Assembly (NCBI GenBank): GCA_002104905.1
Contig: MCFE01000378.1
Coordinates: forward strand, 1-64,000
Direction of reading: 5' to 3'
Origin: Basidiobolus meristosporus CBS 931.73
Lineage: Eukaryota > Fungi > Basidiobolomycota
DNA length: 64,000 nucleotides
Part shown: piece by piece, positions 51,330 through 63,883 of the stretch
Layout: each line of letters starts with the position of its first letter
How positions within the stretch are numbered: the stretch's first letter is position 1
Notes under the pieces: generated by a model
The model's input: the letters and a program-made list of their open reading frames with translations, nothing else
Told to the model about the DNA's origin: nothing
The model's database searches: none
Position numbers and translations under genes: made by a program

Positions 51330-52700
51330 CAGTAATTAGTTGCTTGTTGTGTCCAACTCAACCTTGCATAGCTTAACTGAACATCTATGAATTGCAGATA
51401 CTTAGCTTCTTAATGCCAAAGGCATAAGTATTTCTATGTGCACATTTTGGCTCAGTATTTTCCAGCTCTTCATGGCTGTCCTCCATGTGCCAACTCATCA
51501 CTCTATGATGGACTTGATGGTTATATTCTTGATGAGATTGGTATATGGTAGTACTTGCAACTTGACTTGTCTTCCTACTTCCCACACATGCACTTCATAG
51601 GAAACTCCCATTAGGTAATGCAACACCCAATATACTCCACACACCAGGCAGGCTGGAGTAGTCTGTGTGTGCAGTAGCACCAGAGATCTACATGCTCAGC
51701 TGTATGCTTGCAGTACAGCCACTCAAATCCTGCTGCAAACTCCTTGCATAAAAACTGTAGATGCACCAAATTTTGGCATTGATGATCTGCTTCTGGATAA
51801 AAATTCCTTCAATGTCAGCATACAACTCCCAATCCTTCCAATGTACTCTGGGTAGAAATTGCTTCAGAAGGCAACTTGAACAAATAAATGTCCAATCCTT
51901 CCATTGATATTGTTGCATATGCATGTGTATATTGTTTGGAGCTTGTGAAAATACATTGGGTAGTGGATGCTCTGTAATACCTTGCCAATTCCTTCAAGTT
52001 TTTCCCGTATCTCAAAGGGCTGACTTAACCTGAAATGCCCCATGCACAACTTGGTCAATAATAAAGAGATATTGTTGAAGTACAAGTACACCCTATGAGA
52101 AATAATTTGGTCCCACAGGTGGATCCAATCCAGATCAGCTGTCAAAATCCTGCAATGAGGCCATCAAAACGCCAGTGGCTTGGAATCATTGATGCTCTTT
52201 ACAATCTTATGATGGAATTGTTATAGAATTATGCTGACTCTACTGCTATATAGGTAGGTAAAGTTGATGGTGCTCAGGTGGTTGTGCAATGGGACCTTGA
52301 TAGCATTCTGATGGTCTTGTTGCAATCTACACTTACTTGAGCAGCAAGAAACTTGAGAGTATTTTGACAGCCTTAATGCAGACATCTGTTTGCATTATAA
52401 CAGCAGTATAGTGGCCTACATCTAGTACTGTATAATGCTACTGTATCAATTTACCAAGTGGCATTTCCTGTTGGTACCTCCCCTTGCACCATTCACATAT
52501 TTCATTGTAGAATCACCCCATTTTATTTGCTTACTCACAGCTACCATGTGTATTCTGTTGTACTATATTATGAGTAGTCTGGAGCATGTCCTGCAATGTA
52601 AAGGCTAATCAACAGTATACAACAACTTTCAGTATGCTAATATTGGGATAGATTATTGGGAGTTTGATATACTTGTAGAAGATATAGCTTTCACAATTAT
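51330..52700 (-). mobile_element. Decayed CACTA/CMC-like transposase remnant; limits approximate
   Basis: Reverse complement of ~51540-51645 aligns with 62395-62490; many stops. Confidence 0.6.
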
Positions 52701-53267
52701 CCTCAGTCAGAGGCTCAAAATATACCGGAGGCAGTCCTTACCACTTCTAGAGCAGAATTCTGAGCTTTGGTTTACTATTGGGCCTATATGGTTCTATGCT
52801 AACTTTTTCTTATTTGGAAGGCACTTTACTTTCTAAGAAGATGCTTCCTTGTTTAGAAATATTGAGCTCCCCTTAAACTAAAGGGTATGGTAAAGGGGTC
52901 TCCATATGGGTCTTTAGACCTAAAGGGGTTTCTTTGGAGTAGAGGGGCTACTTACAGTGGTCTCTACAGGAGTGTCTTTAAAGTGAAGGGGCATATTAGG
53001 GAGGACTTTTCAACAGATAAGTGGTAGTTTTCTTGCAGATCTTGGATAGGATTCTTGTGAGCTATCCAGTCTCTTTACTTGTATAGTACCAATCAAAGTC
53101 AGAATACTCAACAGTGCAAGTGACAAAAGAGAAATCTTGTAACCTTCAAACTTGTAAGTGTAGTGTGGAGATTCAGCAAAGAGAGGCCATCTTTTTTGGC
53201 TTTTAGCTGAGGAAGTCATATATATCGCAATTTGCAAGGATCAAGGTTTTTAGTCAATTGTTCAAGT

Positions 53268-53617
53268 TGTTGTAAGAGTCTTGGAGATATTGGAAGTGAT
53301 TTAGAGAACAAGTAGATTATGTGGTTTTCACTTGATGATTTATTGAATGAAAAAGTAGTATTTATACTTTTACCTGGTCTTGGATTACAAACACATAGAA
53401 TAGGTTAAGAAAGGTCCCAAGAGCATGTGTGCAAAGTTTGGGGCTGTTTAGACAACATTTTGAGAATTTTCATGTTCTGGGTACCTGGTATTTTGGTGAA
53501 AATATTCTAAGTCAATCCCAACAAGGAATTTGGTCAGTATTCTCTAGGATTTGAGGGTAATGATCTAAGTGACTAAGTTAGGTGAGTATTTAGGTGGAAA
53601 TACAAATTTTTACAACA
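53268..53617 (-). repeat. 3' LTR (350 bp)
   Basis: TGTTGTAA..TTACAACA; PPT GAGTGGGAG lies immediately 5' on the minus strand (53618-53626). Confidence 0.95.
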
Positions 53618-56600
53618 CTCCCACTCAGCTAAATGTTCATACTGACTAGTCCTAATTTTGACCTAAGATATTGAAACTTGTCTCTAGCTAATGGTTTGGT
53701 AAATATGTCTGCAATCATTTCATATGAAGGACAGTAAACTAGGCTAACTAAGTTATTCTCTATAGCTTCACATATGAAATAAAGTCTAATATCTATGTGC
53801 TTGGTTCTAGCATGAAAAGTTGGATTTCTACCTAATTGTATACATCCTTGAATATCTTGAAATAAAGTAATAGGCGTTTTTTGACATAGACCTAAATCTG
53901 TAAAAAGCTTTCTTAACCACATTGCTTCTTTTGTAGCTTCCCAGGCTGCCAAATACTCTGCTTCTGTGGTGGAAAGTGCTACAGTTGGTTGCTTTCTTGA
54001 GTTCCATGAAATTGCTCCTTTACAGTAAAGAAAGGTACATCCTGTGGTGGATCTTCTGTCTTCTAAATTTTGTTCCCAATCAGCATCAGAGTATCCCACA
54101 AAATCCTTCTCTGGATCCTTGTAAGTGTATCTTAAGCAGATATCAGCAGTTCCTTTTAGGTATCTAAAAATCTGCTTAACTGCTGCAATATGATCAGATC
54201 CATAGTCCTGATTATGTTGGCTGACAACTGCCACTGAATATGAGATATCGGGACGTGTTCCAAGCATGATATACAGCAGACTGCTGACCATTGATTGATA
54301 AGGAAAGTCAGGGCTTTCAGATGGCACCAAGCTCTCTTGATTTGGTTGAGTTTTGACCAAGTTAAGGTTTGTCTCCATTGGGGTAGCTGTTGGTTTAGAG
54401 TCTTCCATTTGGTACTTCTTCAGTATATCTTGAATATACTTTGATTGGCTTAGGGTGATAGTCTGGGTACTTCTGTCTCTGGAGAACTTAATCCCCAAGT
54501 AGTAACTAAGTTCTCCTAGATTGGACATCTTGAGCTCCCTAGATAGGCTGGATTTAGTCTCTTCCAATGTTTCTAGGTTATTGGTGGCTATAATAAGATC
54601 ATCCACATATAGAGCTAATAGAGCTGGGTTTGCTCTATCTGGCTTATAGTATATACTGTAGTCAGCATTACTTCATTTGAAACTCAAAGATTCCAAATAA
54701 GAATCTATCTTGCAATGCCAGGCTCTTGGTGATTGTTTGAGACCATATAGTGACTTTTTAAGCTTGCAGACCAAATGGGGGTTATCTTGGTGCGCAAACC
54801 CATCAGGCTGGTCCATATATATGTCCTCATCAAGTTCTCCATTCAAAAAGGCAGTTTTTACATCCATTTGATGAATAAAAACTTATATTTGGCTGCAATA
54901 GCAAATATTAATCTGATGGAATTAAGCTTGGCTACCAGTGCAAAGGTCTCAGTATAGTCAAGTCCTTTTGTTTGAGAGTATCCTTTGGCTACAAGTCTTG
55001 CTTTGTATCTTTCAATTGCACCAATAGCCTTGTATTTTGTCTTGAAGACCCATCTGCATCCAATTGATTTTTGGTCAATTGGTAATTTGACTAAGTCCCA
55101 AGTTTGATTTTCCATCAGGGCCTGATATTCCTCAGTCATTGCAGATCTCTAAAACTTTGTCTGAGGGCTATTTAGGGCCACTTTTACAGTCTGGGGTTCA
55201 TCAATATGGACTGAATAGGCATAGGCCAAGTTTGTACCCTCATTGATATAGTAATTTGGGCTATTTCTTGTCTGATTGGAGCTCTGGGCATTTGATACCG
55301 GAATGATCACTTCTGGGATATTCCTGGGCATTGATTCTGGCTGAACCATGGTTGTAGAGTCCTCTGGAGTGAAAAAATTTTCATTGTTTTGCTCTGATTC
55401 AATCCTAACAATTGGTGAACTTGAGATCAAATTCTTGTCATCATCTGAAATCAATTTTTTGTGAAAGTTTTGCATTTTCATCAATCAACATATCCCTGGA
55501 CTTGATAAGCTTCTTTGCTTTGGTATTGTAGAGTCTGTACACCTTACTCTCATTGCAGTAGCCCAAAAATATGCATTTTACACTTCTTGACTCAAATTTT
55601 GACTGATTTCCTGCCAGTTTTTTGGCATATGCTGTACACCCAAATATTCTTTGATGTTCTGCACTTGGTCTGTATCCATACATGCTTCAAATGGAGTAGA
55701 AGTACGAAGTACTCTGTTATAACTCCTATTTTTAAGGTATACAGCAGTGGCACTGATTCCGCCCAAAAATAATAGGATAATTTTTGATCATGGATCATAG
55801 TTCTTGCCATATCAATTATTGATCTGTTAGCATGTTCTGCTACTCCATTTTGCTGTGAGGAGTATGGAACAGTAGTCTCTTGCTTTATCCCATGAATTTT
55901 GCAGAAGTGGATGAAGAGTTTTGAGGTATATACTCCACCATTGTCAGAGCGTATTTTCTTGATTTTTTCACCAGTTTCTCTCTCCACCATGTCTTTAAAC
56001 TCCCTGAGCTTAGACAGAGCTTCTTCCTTTCTTTCCATGAAGTAGACTCATGTGTATCTTGTATAATCATCAATAAAAGTGATTAAATACTTCATCCCAC
56101 CTAAGGATAAATTTTGCATAGGTCCACACAGATCTGAGTGAATTAGATCTAATTTTTTCTTAGTTCTGATTAACCCAGAGCTCTTGAACAGTTGTCTGGC
56201 TTGTTTCCCATATATACAGGCTTCACAGTGCTCCAAATTAGCTAGGGGATCAATTTTCACTCCAGAAATTAGCTGATCTTTGATCATTTTACACAAATAA
56301 TCAAAATTGATGTGTCCAAATCTCCTGTGCCAAAGCATTGATGTTTCTTCATTCAAGTTACTTATATTGGCTTCCAAATATGATGGAATATAAGTCAACT
56401 TGTATAGACTCTGATCTCTGATGCCCAAAGCAATATGGGCACCATTTTGATCAGTAATCCTGTATCAGAATTGTCAAAACTGAAACTGAGTCCTTCTGCT
56501 GTGGCCTTGCTTACAGAGAGTAGGTTCTTGGCTATTTCTGGTACATAGAGTACTTCTTTAAAGGTCAGTGTATGGCTTCCTTCACTGCTTCTAAGGTTTA

Positions 56601-57145
56601 CTTGGATAGTTCCTTCTCCCACCGCATCAAGTGTTCTATAGTCACCCCTGAAAACCTTCATAATTGGAATTTCTTGATATTGGGTAAGAAGTTCTTTTTG
56701 GTGTGTAAAGTGTTGAGAAACTCCAGAGTCAATATACCACATCTGAGAATCCTTGTTTGTGGTCATATTTAGTGCAGATATGAATAGTCTGTCTTCAGAT
56801 GTTGCAGCATTTCCATATTCAGGCTTCTTTTGCTGATTATCTTTCTTTTTGAGACACCAGTCTGGTGTGTGTCCTTTCCTGTTGCAGTAGCTGCAAAATA
56901 GGCTGCTGTTGCTATTGTAGGGTCTTGGGTACCTCCTTTGTTGGTTATTATTGCTTATTAAAGCATTTTCTTCTTCTGTTTATTGACGCTTGATTTTCTT
57001 AATTCTTCATCCAGGAGCCTTCCATATATGTAATTAAAGGTCAAATCTTCAGTTCTGGACTCTAGGGCTGATACAAGGCCCTGAAACATGTCTGTCAGAC
57101 TATTCAGGATGGTAACTATCACATCCTCATCAGTAGTTGGTATGC

Positions 57146-58941
57146 TGTAGTGGGGTGACAGTGACACCCACTGACAGATGTGCTCATTCCCTTATTTTCC
57201 ACTTCCCTATGTCTCTACTACACTTATTTTAGTTTTATCCCATTTGTCTTACCCAATCAGTACTATCCCATAAGCCGGTTGACTATCACACCTGCTTACC
57301 TTATTGCATAAGTTACCCCTCACTTTATGTGAGATTACTAGCTACAAGTACTTCTATATTAGGCAAGTACTTGCGCCGGTACCCGTGACACATGATCAAC
57401 CCATGTCACCATCCCTACCATTTCCATACTATATATGGTATCCCCATGTTACACAGGTTCCAGAATACTGATTCCTGATTGGTTGGATGTGCTGTGCCTC
57501 TTAGAACCTTCTGGCATGTACTTAGAACATTCTTAGGTCATTCTGATGTCATTAAGATTTCTATTGATCTCCGGAACCTTCTGGAACACCATGATTAGTA
57601 ATCACTTAGCCAGTGAGAAAAGTATATAAGGGAGGCTATCCCTCAACAATAAATCATCATCCCTTTTATCAATATACCAACTTGTTGATTAGTGTGATCA
57701 CTGCTACCTGCTGCTACCTGAACTTCCAACCCTAGACCACAGGACACTCCCAGGAAACCACGCTGACAGCCAACTGACCTTGGAGGCACTACTTGCAAGG
57801 AATACTCAGAGTAGGTATCTTTTATTATATTTGATTCTTTCCCAAGTTTGTTCTTGTACAGGCAAAGATACTTTTCTGTCTTTGTAACTATTGACCACAG
57901 CTGCATTCTTATCAAGTCCCTGCTGGTGGAGTTTACAGCTGTTTTGACTTTGGAAGCTTTAGTACATTGTCATCTCAAAGGATGCTGAACCCAGCACATA
58001 CTTTTGTTAAGATGCTGTGATGGTGTATAGGTCTAAGGGAGAGATATGTCCAACACTTCTCAAGTGTTTTGTGTGTGGGGTGTTCACTGGGTGCAATAAC
58101 CTCTGGCAAAAGCTTGCTAGGAATACTTGGGTTCTGTTTCTAATCTAATGTGAAGGGGAATAAAGCCACAAGCTTGTCAAGGGAAAACTATTAAGCTACA
58201 ATCCCCAACTTAGTTGGCAACTTAGATGATTTATTGTTGAGGGATAGCCTCCCTTATATACTTTTCTCACTGGCTAAGTGATTACTAATCATGGTGTTCC
58301 AGAAGGTTCCAGAGATCAATAGAAATCTTAATGACATCAGAATGACCTAAGAATGTTCTAAGTACATGCCAGAAGGTTCTAAGAGGCACAGCACATCCAA
58401 CCAATCAGGAATCAGTATTCTGGAACCTGTGTAACATGGGGATACCATATATAGTATGGAAATGGTAGGGATGGTGACACGGGTTGATCATGTGTCACGG
58501 GTACCGGCGCAAGTACTTGCCTAATATAGAAGTACTTGTAGCTAGTAATCTTACATAAAGTGAGGGGTAACTTATGCAATAAGGTAAGCAGGTGTGATAG
58601 TCAACCGGCTTATGGGATAGTACTGATTGGGTAAGACAAATGGGATAAAACTAAAATAAGTGTAGTAGAGATATAGGGAAGTAGAAATAAGGGAATGAGC
58701 ACATCTGTCAGTGGGTGTCACTGTCACCCCACTACAACGCCAACTAAGTTGGGGATTGTAGCTCAATAGTTTTCCCTTGACAAGCTTGTGGCTTTATTCC
58801 CCTTCACATTAGATTAGACACAGAACCCAAGTATTCCTAGCAAGCTTTTGCCAGAGGTTATTGTACCCAGTGAACACCCAACACACAAAACACTTGAGAA
58901 GTGTTGGACGTATCTCTCCCTTGGACCTATACACCACCACA
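57146..58941 (+). mobile_element. Solo LTR of a second family (~1.07 kb without its own insert), inserted in copia gag
   Basis: TGTAGTGG...CCACCACA ends; flanks ATGC/ACGC; removal restores gag GGTATGCCCACAGATTCC as in the copy at ~1561; TATA-like TATATAAG at 57623. Confidence 0.85.
58016..58736 (-). mobile_element. Inverted 721-bp copy of the same second-family LTR nested inside the first
   Basis: 58225-58736 is the reverse complement of 57146-57658, and 58016-58218 of 58739-58941; flanks ATGC (58012-58015) and ACGC (58737-58740). Confidence 0.85.
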
Positions 58942-59386
58942 ACGCCCACAGATTCCATCTCATCTACCAGCAGGGTAATTCTGTTATTTAGATTTTTCAT
59001 TTCTTCTCCTGGCAGCATCTTTGTAGTAAAGAATTTTTGTCTCAGATAAATTTTCTTGGCAGCTGAACATGACTGGTAGGTGTCTTTTGATGCCTTCCAG
59101 GCATTATTTGCTGTTTTTGCTCTTGAGCATTGAATTAGCAATTTGTCCTTGACATTAAGGCAGATGCAGCTAAAGGCACTTTGTTCTTTCTTCTGGTACT
59201 TTAAGGCTTCCTCTCCCATGTTTTTAAGGGCATTCTTCTCCCATGACAATATCCCAAAGGCCTCTTTCTTGTAGCAGCATCTTCATCTTCACCTTCCACA
59301 CTTGGTAGTTAGATCCATCCAACTTTTCAGCAGAGGGAAAAATTCCAGTAATAGCAGTAGTAGACATTGCCGAGAGTGACAGCTTG

Positions 59387-59398
59387 GGGCTCATAACC
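59387..59398 (-). promoter_or_regulatory. PBS GGTTATGAGCCC; contains an ATG in frame with gag
   Basis: Abuts the 5' LTR; reads MSPKLSLSAMSTTAITG into gag. Confidence 0.85.
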
Positions 59399-59747
59399 TG
59401 TTGTAAGAGTCTTGGAGATATTGGAAGTGATTTGGATAACAAGTAGAATATGTGGTTTTCACTTAATGATTTATTGAATGAAAAAGTAGTATTTATACTT
59501 TTACCGGGTCTTGGCACTACAAACATGTAGAATAAGTTAAGGAAGGTCCCAAGAACATGTGTGCAAAGTTTGGGGCTGTTTGGACAACTTTGAGAATTTT
59601 CATGTTCTGGGTACCTGGTATTTTAGTGAAAATATTCCAAGTAAATCCCAACAAGGAATTTGGTCTGTATTCTCTAGGATTTGAGGGTAATGATCTAAGT
59701 GACTAAGTTAGGTGAATATTTAGGTGGAAATACAAATTTTTACAACA
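59399..59747 (-). repeat. 5' LTR (349 bp)
   Basis: About 18 substitutions and 2 small indels against the 3' LTR by manual count (~94-95% identity). Confidence 0.95.
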
Positions 59748-60663
59748 CAAGTAATACCTGTAGTATGAAGCTAAAATTTGCAGTGGCACAGATTGGACAT
59801 AGGCACAGAACCTGTGAGAATTCCACATGATTTGATTTGCTGGTCCAAAAGTTGCACACAATCAAAGTCACCATAGTAATCCTAGCAATAGAGGCCTTGT
59901 ATATATGTTTATTGGACTCTTTTGATCATAACTCCTCAAATACTGCTTCAAATGAGGTGAAATTGAAACATGTACTGGCTACTGAGTGCTTTACATGGCA
60001 TAATTTTCTTGGGTGGATTGCTTGTTGGGGTCTTGAGCATTTGTCCTTCATGGTTGGAAATTCTTGATCTTTCATTTGTGTGCCACAATAGCAAATGGCA
60101 AAATAAAGATATGAGTGCAATATTGTTTGAAGTATTATAGTAGTGTAATGCTTTCTTTTACCACAACTCACATCAGAAAATGCCACTATTGTATGGTCTC
60201 CAATTTTTCAGCAATCCACCACTATAGGAGGAAAAGATTGCCCACACTCAGGATATATTCCAGTACTACTCCATCTAAAGAAGCTTGTGCAGTCCAACAA
60301 GTATTGTGAAGCTATAAATAACTGTGCTCAGTAACAATCAAGCACAAGCATTTTCAATACATTTGATGGCAAACATTACAAACGACTAAAAAGCAAGGGC
60401 TACTTTGAAGGTATATATGACCATGCCTTTCCCTTAGCCCCTGATGGATTCTCATTGAATAAGAATTCTACCAGCAAGCTCTGCTGGCCTCTGATTCTCA
60501 TCAACCTGAATCTTCCATCTTTCTTACAATATCACAGCAGAAATATGAAGGTAGCCTCACTGGTACCTAGGCCTAAATCACTGTCCAGCCTGGATACCTA
60601 CCTGTATCCATTGCTGGATTAATTTTGTATGCTCTTCAGCAGGAAACTACTAAATGGCTATTA

Positions 60664-60820
60664 GACTTGTTCCATCATTCCAGCTGATCATAGTGCCCAA
60701 TAGTGCCATAGCATGCCAGATGGTGCCTGATCATGCCACAGAGTGCCAGATGGTGCCATACAGTGCCAATTTGGGATCAAAATTGACATGCATACAACCC
60801 AAAAATATCAAATTAATAAC
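60664..60820 (+). repeat. One-ended fragment starting TA|GACTTGTTC with GTGCCA subterminal repeats
   Basis: Direct repeat of 63877-64000; shares its terminus and GTGCCA motifs with the foldback element. Confidence 0.7.
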
Positions 60821-61080
60821 AAAATATACAGCACTCTCTGGCACTTTGATCAATGGCACAATGGAACAAGTCTATTATATCAAAGCTCAAATTATTATCT
60901 GCATTGGAGATACCCCAGCCATCAACAAGATTGCTGGCTTTTTTGGGCATAATGGCAGGTATTGCTCTCAAATGTCTGTGATACATTGGATTTACCTCAT
61001 AATTTGTACACAGTATTGTTATCCAAACACCAACACTAGGAACTTCATCTTCCCACAGACAGAATGTACAGAAGTCAGTA

Positions 61081-61812
61081 GACTTGTTCTGTTGGATAGT
61101 GCCACATTGAGCCATGAGTGCCAAATGATGCCATTGTGTGCCAGAGAGGCCAAGTGAGCCTCTACCTGGCCACAGAGTGTGAAACATAGCTCTGCATCTT
61201 CATGCAAAGCAGCCCCTGTGTTTCACCTGTTGAGTTGGAGAAAATCCATTTTTTGTCCTTTTTTTTTGGATCAATGTTATGCAGGATGTGTTAGAGCACA
61301 AGCCAATTGAATATATGCATCTGGTACTCAATACCCATGGCACTCTGAATCTAGCTCCTGTAGCTTGTATCATGTCACAAAAATGAATGGCACTATCTTG
61401 GTCCACTGGTACTATCTGGCACTATAATTAAATATTAGCCCTAAAATAAGATCTACACAAAGCACTTATAGTGCCAGATAGTACCAGTGGACCAAGATAG
61501 TGCCATTCATTTTTGTGATATGATACAAGCTACAGGAGCTAGATTCAGAGTGCCATGGGTATTGAGTACCAGATGCATATCTTCAGTTCTCCTGTGCTCT
61601 TTCACATCCTGAGCTACATTGGTCCACAAAAAAAGGTCAAAAAATGGATTTTCTCCTGCACAATGAGTGAAACACAAGGGCTGCTTTACATGAAGATGCA
61701 GAGCTATGTTTCACACTCTGTGGCCAAGTATAGGCTCACTTGACCTCTCTGGCACACTTTGGCATCATTTGGCACTCATGGCTCAATGTGGCACTATCCA
61801 ACGGAACAAGTC
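61081..61812. mobile_element. Foldback/MITE-like element: two ~350-bp inverted arms, 38-bp spacer, TA target duplication
   Basis: TA|GACTTGTTC...GAACAAGTC|TA; arms 61079-61427 and 61466-61814; excision restores the transposase frame. Confidence 0.88.
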
Positions 61813-63578
61813 TAGTGTGCGACTGCAGCAAAGTTGGCAAGCTATATGCCATCAGCCAGCATATGGAATTAATTGGAAACCAGTAAAACTTAAGATAGAG
61901 GGTATCTGTTAGAGCAAAAGCTTTCCATCTAGGGCAATGCATTTACTTTTCAACACTATCTTTATACTAATGATGAAGTTTTACATGGTGCATTTTAAGC
62001 TAAATAAATCCTTTAAGATCCTAGCAAAACTTGATATAATTGCAAGATATTGCAGAGTATCTAATTCCCAAAGTACTTCATATAGGCTCCAATCAATATT
62101 CATATGCATATGAAACAATCCAAATGCAAGGAATGTATGATTTGCACATGTATTGAGTCAAGTGGCCCTCTGAAGCCACTTCCACCAAGTTAGCATTGGA
62201 AGCATTGGGAGTCATATGTTGACATTACAGGAGTATTTAACCAGAAGTGGATCACTAATAACAACTAGACACAGCCACAGTCTTTATGCACAGAGTTTGT
62301 GATAGGAAATCAGCAGCTATATTGCAAACATAAAGCTGAGCACATAGATCTTGACCACCATTATATGCATTTGCTACTTCATCTTGCTCAGCATGTAGAG
62401 AATATTGGGCCTTGCTTCAACTTTAGGTAGTTTCCTATGCAGTAGATGTGTTGGAAGATAGGAAGACAAGTAGAGTTGCAAGTACTACTAAATCCCCATT
62501 TCATCTAGAATATTACCTTTGAGTCCATCACAGATGAGATGTTTTGGCATATGGAGAGCAGCCCGGAAGTGCTGGAAGGTACTGAGGACAGATGTGCATA
62601 TGGAGGCACCTATGCCTTCAACATTAAGAGGCTAATCAGCCTCAATGCATGGGTAATCAGTGAAGTAATGCAAAGTTGAGGCAGGTGCAACAAGCACTTG
62701 CCCTATGAAAGATTATTGTGATGATGCCATTAAAAGGCCTTCACAAACTCTGAATCCCATGACTAAGAGGTATTGATCCCATCAGGACACTGTGTAAAGA
62801 CCATCAAAAAATAATTTCACCTCAGATATTATATCAAACTTAGTCAAAATTTTCATCACCACAATACTAATGTGGCTTTTGATTTGTTCTCTGCCAATTT
62901 TCTCACTTTCTGATCCCAGACACGCTATCACCTCCTACATTTGTGTGCATTGATTGGGTACTGCCTCTTTTACACACTCATTACTACCTGACTCAGCTAT
63001 TTCTCACACTCTCATGCATACATATTGATTTATTTCTGTTGAAACTTCAGTTGTACCCTAATTGCCAATTGAATTTACCTATATAAGTCCTTATACCTTA
63101 CACCAACATTAAGCCAAGCCCCACACTTGACAAGTTACTCCAAAAAATCCACCAATGAATATGTATTTCTGCTGCAATGCTCTGTTTCCATGACTTTAGC
63201 AGGAACCCTACAGTTTTATGACACTGTTCATTGACTGGTTCCCATATGTCCTGGTTTTCAGCTGCCACTGCAAGGTCAAGCTCCTCATCCACCAGTCTTT
63301 GCAATAAGTCCTTGCAATATTCAAGTGCATTTTCCTAAGCACTGCTCTTGAAGAAGTGTTGCAACCTCTTGGTGTGTCTATTAATGTTCCAAGATACCAT
63401 TGAGCACATTGTGATAACATTTTCAGTTTTTGAAGTTTTTACTTTGTTTGTTAGTATGATCTCTACTCTATCAACAATGGAGGACCTGGAGGGTGTGGTA
63501 GACAAATTGCCTTTCTCTGCAAACTCATCTACTTCACAGGAGTGTAGCTCAATTGGCTGTGCTTCCAACTCTTGTGAA

Positions 63579-63883
63579 TGTTGTAAAAGTTTGTAATTCC
63601 ACCTAATTATTCACCTAAATTAGTCACTTAGATCATTACTTTCACATCCTAGAGAATACTGGCCAAATTTCTTGTTGGGACTTAGAATATTCTTGCCAAA
63701 ATACCAGGTACCCAGAACATGAAAATTCTCAAAGTTGTCCAAACAGCCCCAAACTTTGCACACACATTCTTGAGACCTTCATTACCCTATTTTATGTGTC
63801 TGCTATGCAAGACCATGTAAAAGTATGAATACTACTTTTACATTCACTAAATCAATAAGTGAAAAGCACATAGTCAACTTGTT
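63579..63883 (+). repeat. Copia-family LTR truncated about 40 bp before its end
   Basis: TGTTGTAAAAGTTTGTAATTCCACC start; colinear with 49792-50138 up to CAACTTGTT. Confidence 0.85.

Larger units (their letters stand above)
53268..59747 (-). mobile_element. Full-length but inactivated Ty1/copia element (LTR-PBS-gag-PR-IN-RT-RH-PPT-LTR) with a nested insertion in gag
   Basis: TSD CAAGT at 53263-53267 and 59748-59752; knuckle CSYCNRKGHTPDWC; WYIDSG; [60 protein letters not shown]; frameshifted. Confidence 0.97.
59753..62800 (+). mobile_element. Decayed CACTA/CMC-like (Tnp2-type) transposase, interrupted by two insertions; limits approximate
   Basis: From 60362: PDGF...CWPLILINLNLP...VPRPKS...LDTYLYPLLD*; then GDTPAINKIAGFFGHNG; then HVENIGP..FPM near 62400. 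Confidence 0.75.

Noticed and set aside
59399-59526. Apparent gag start inside the 5' LTR (ATG at 59526)
   Set aside because: That ATG results from CpG decay (CACGT to CATGT) and is absent from the other LTR copies.
60664-61812. GTGCCA-spaced repeats as a CRISPR-like array
   Set aside because: Units are about 6 bp, irregularly spaced and inside transposon arms, in a eukaryotic context with no cas genes.
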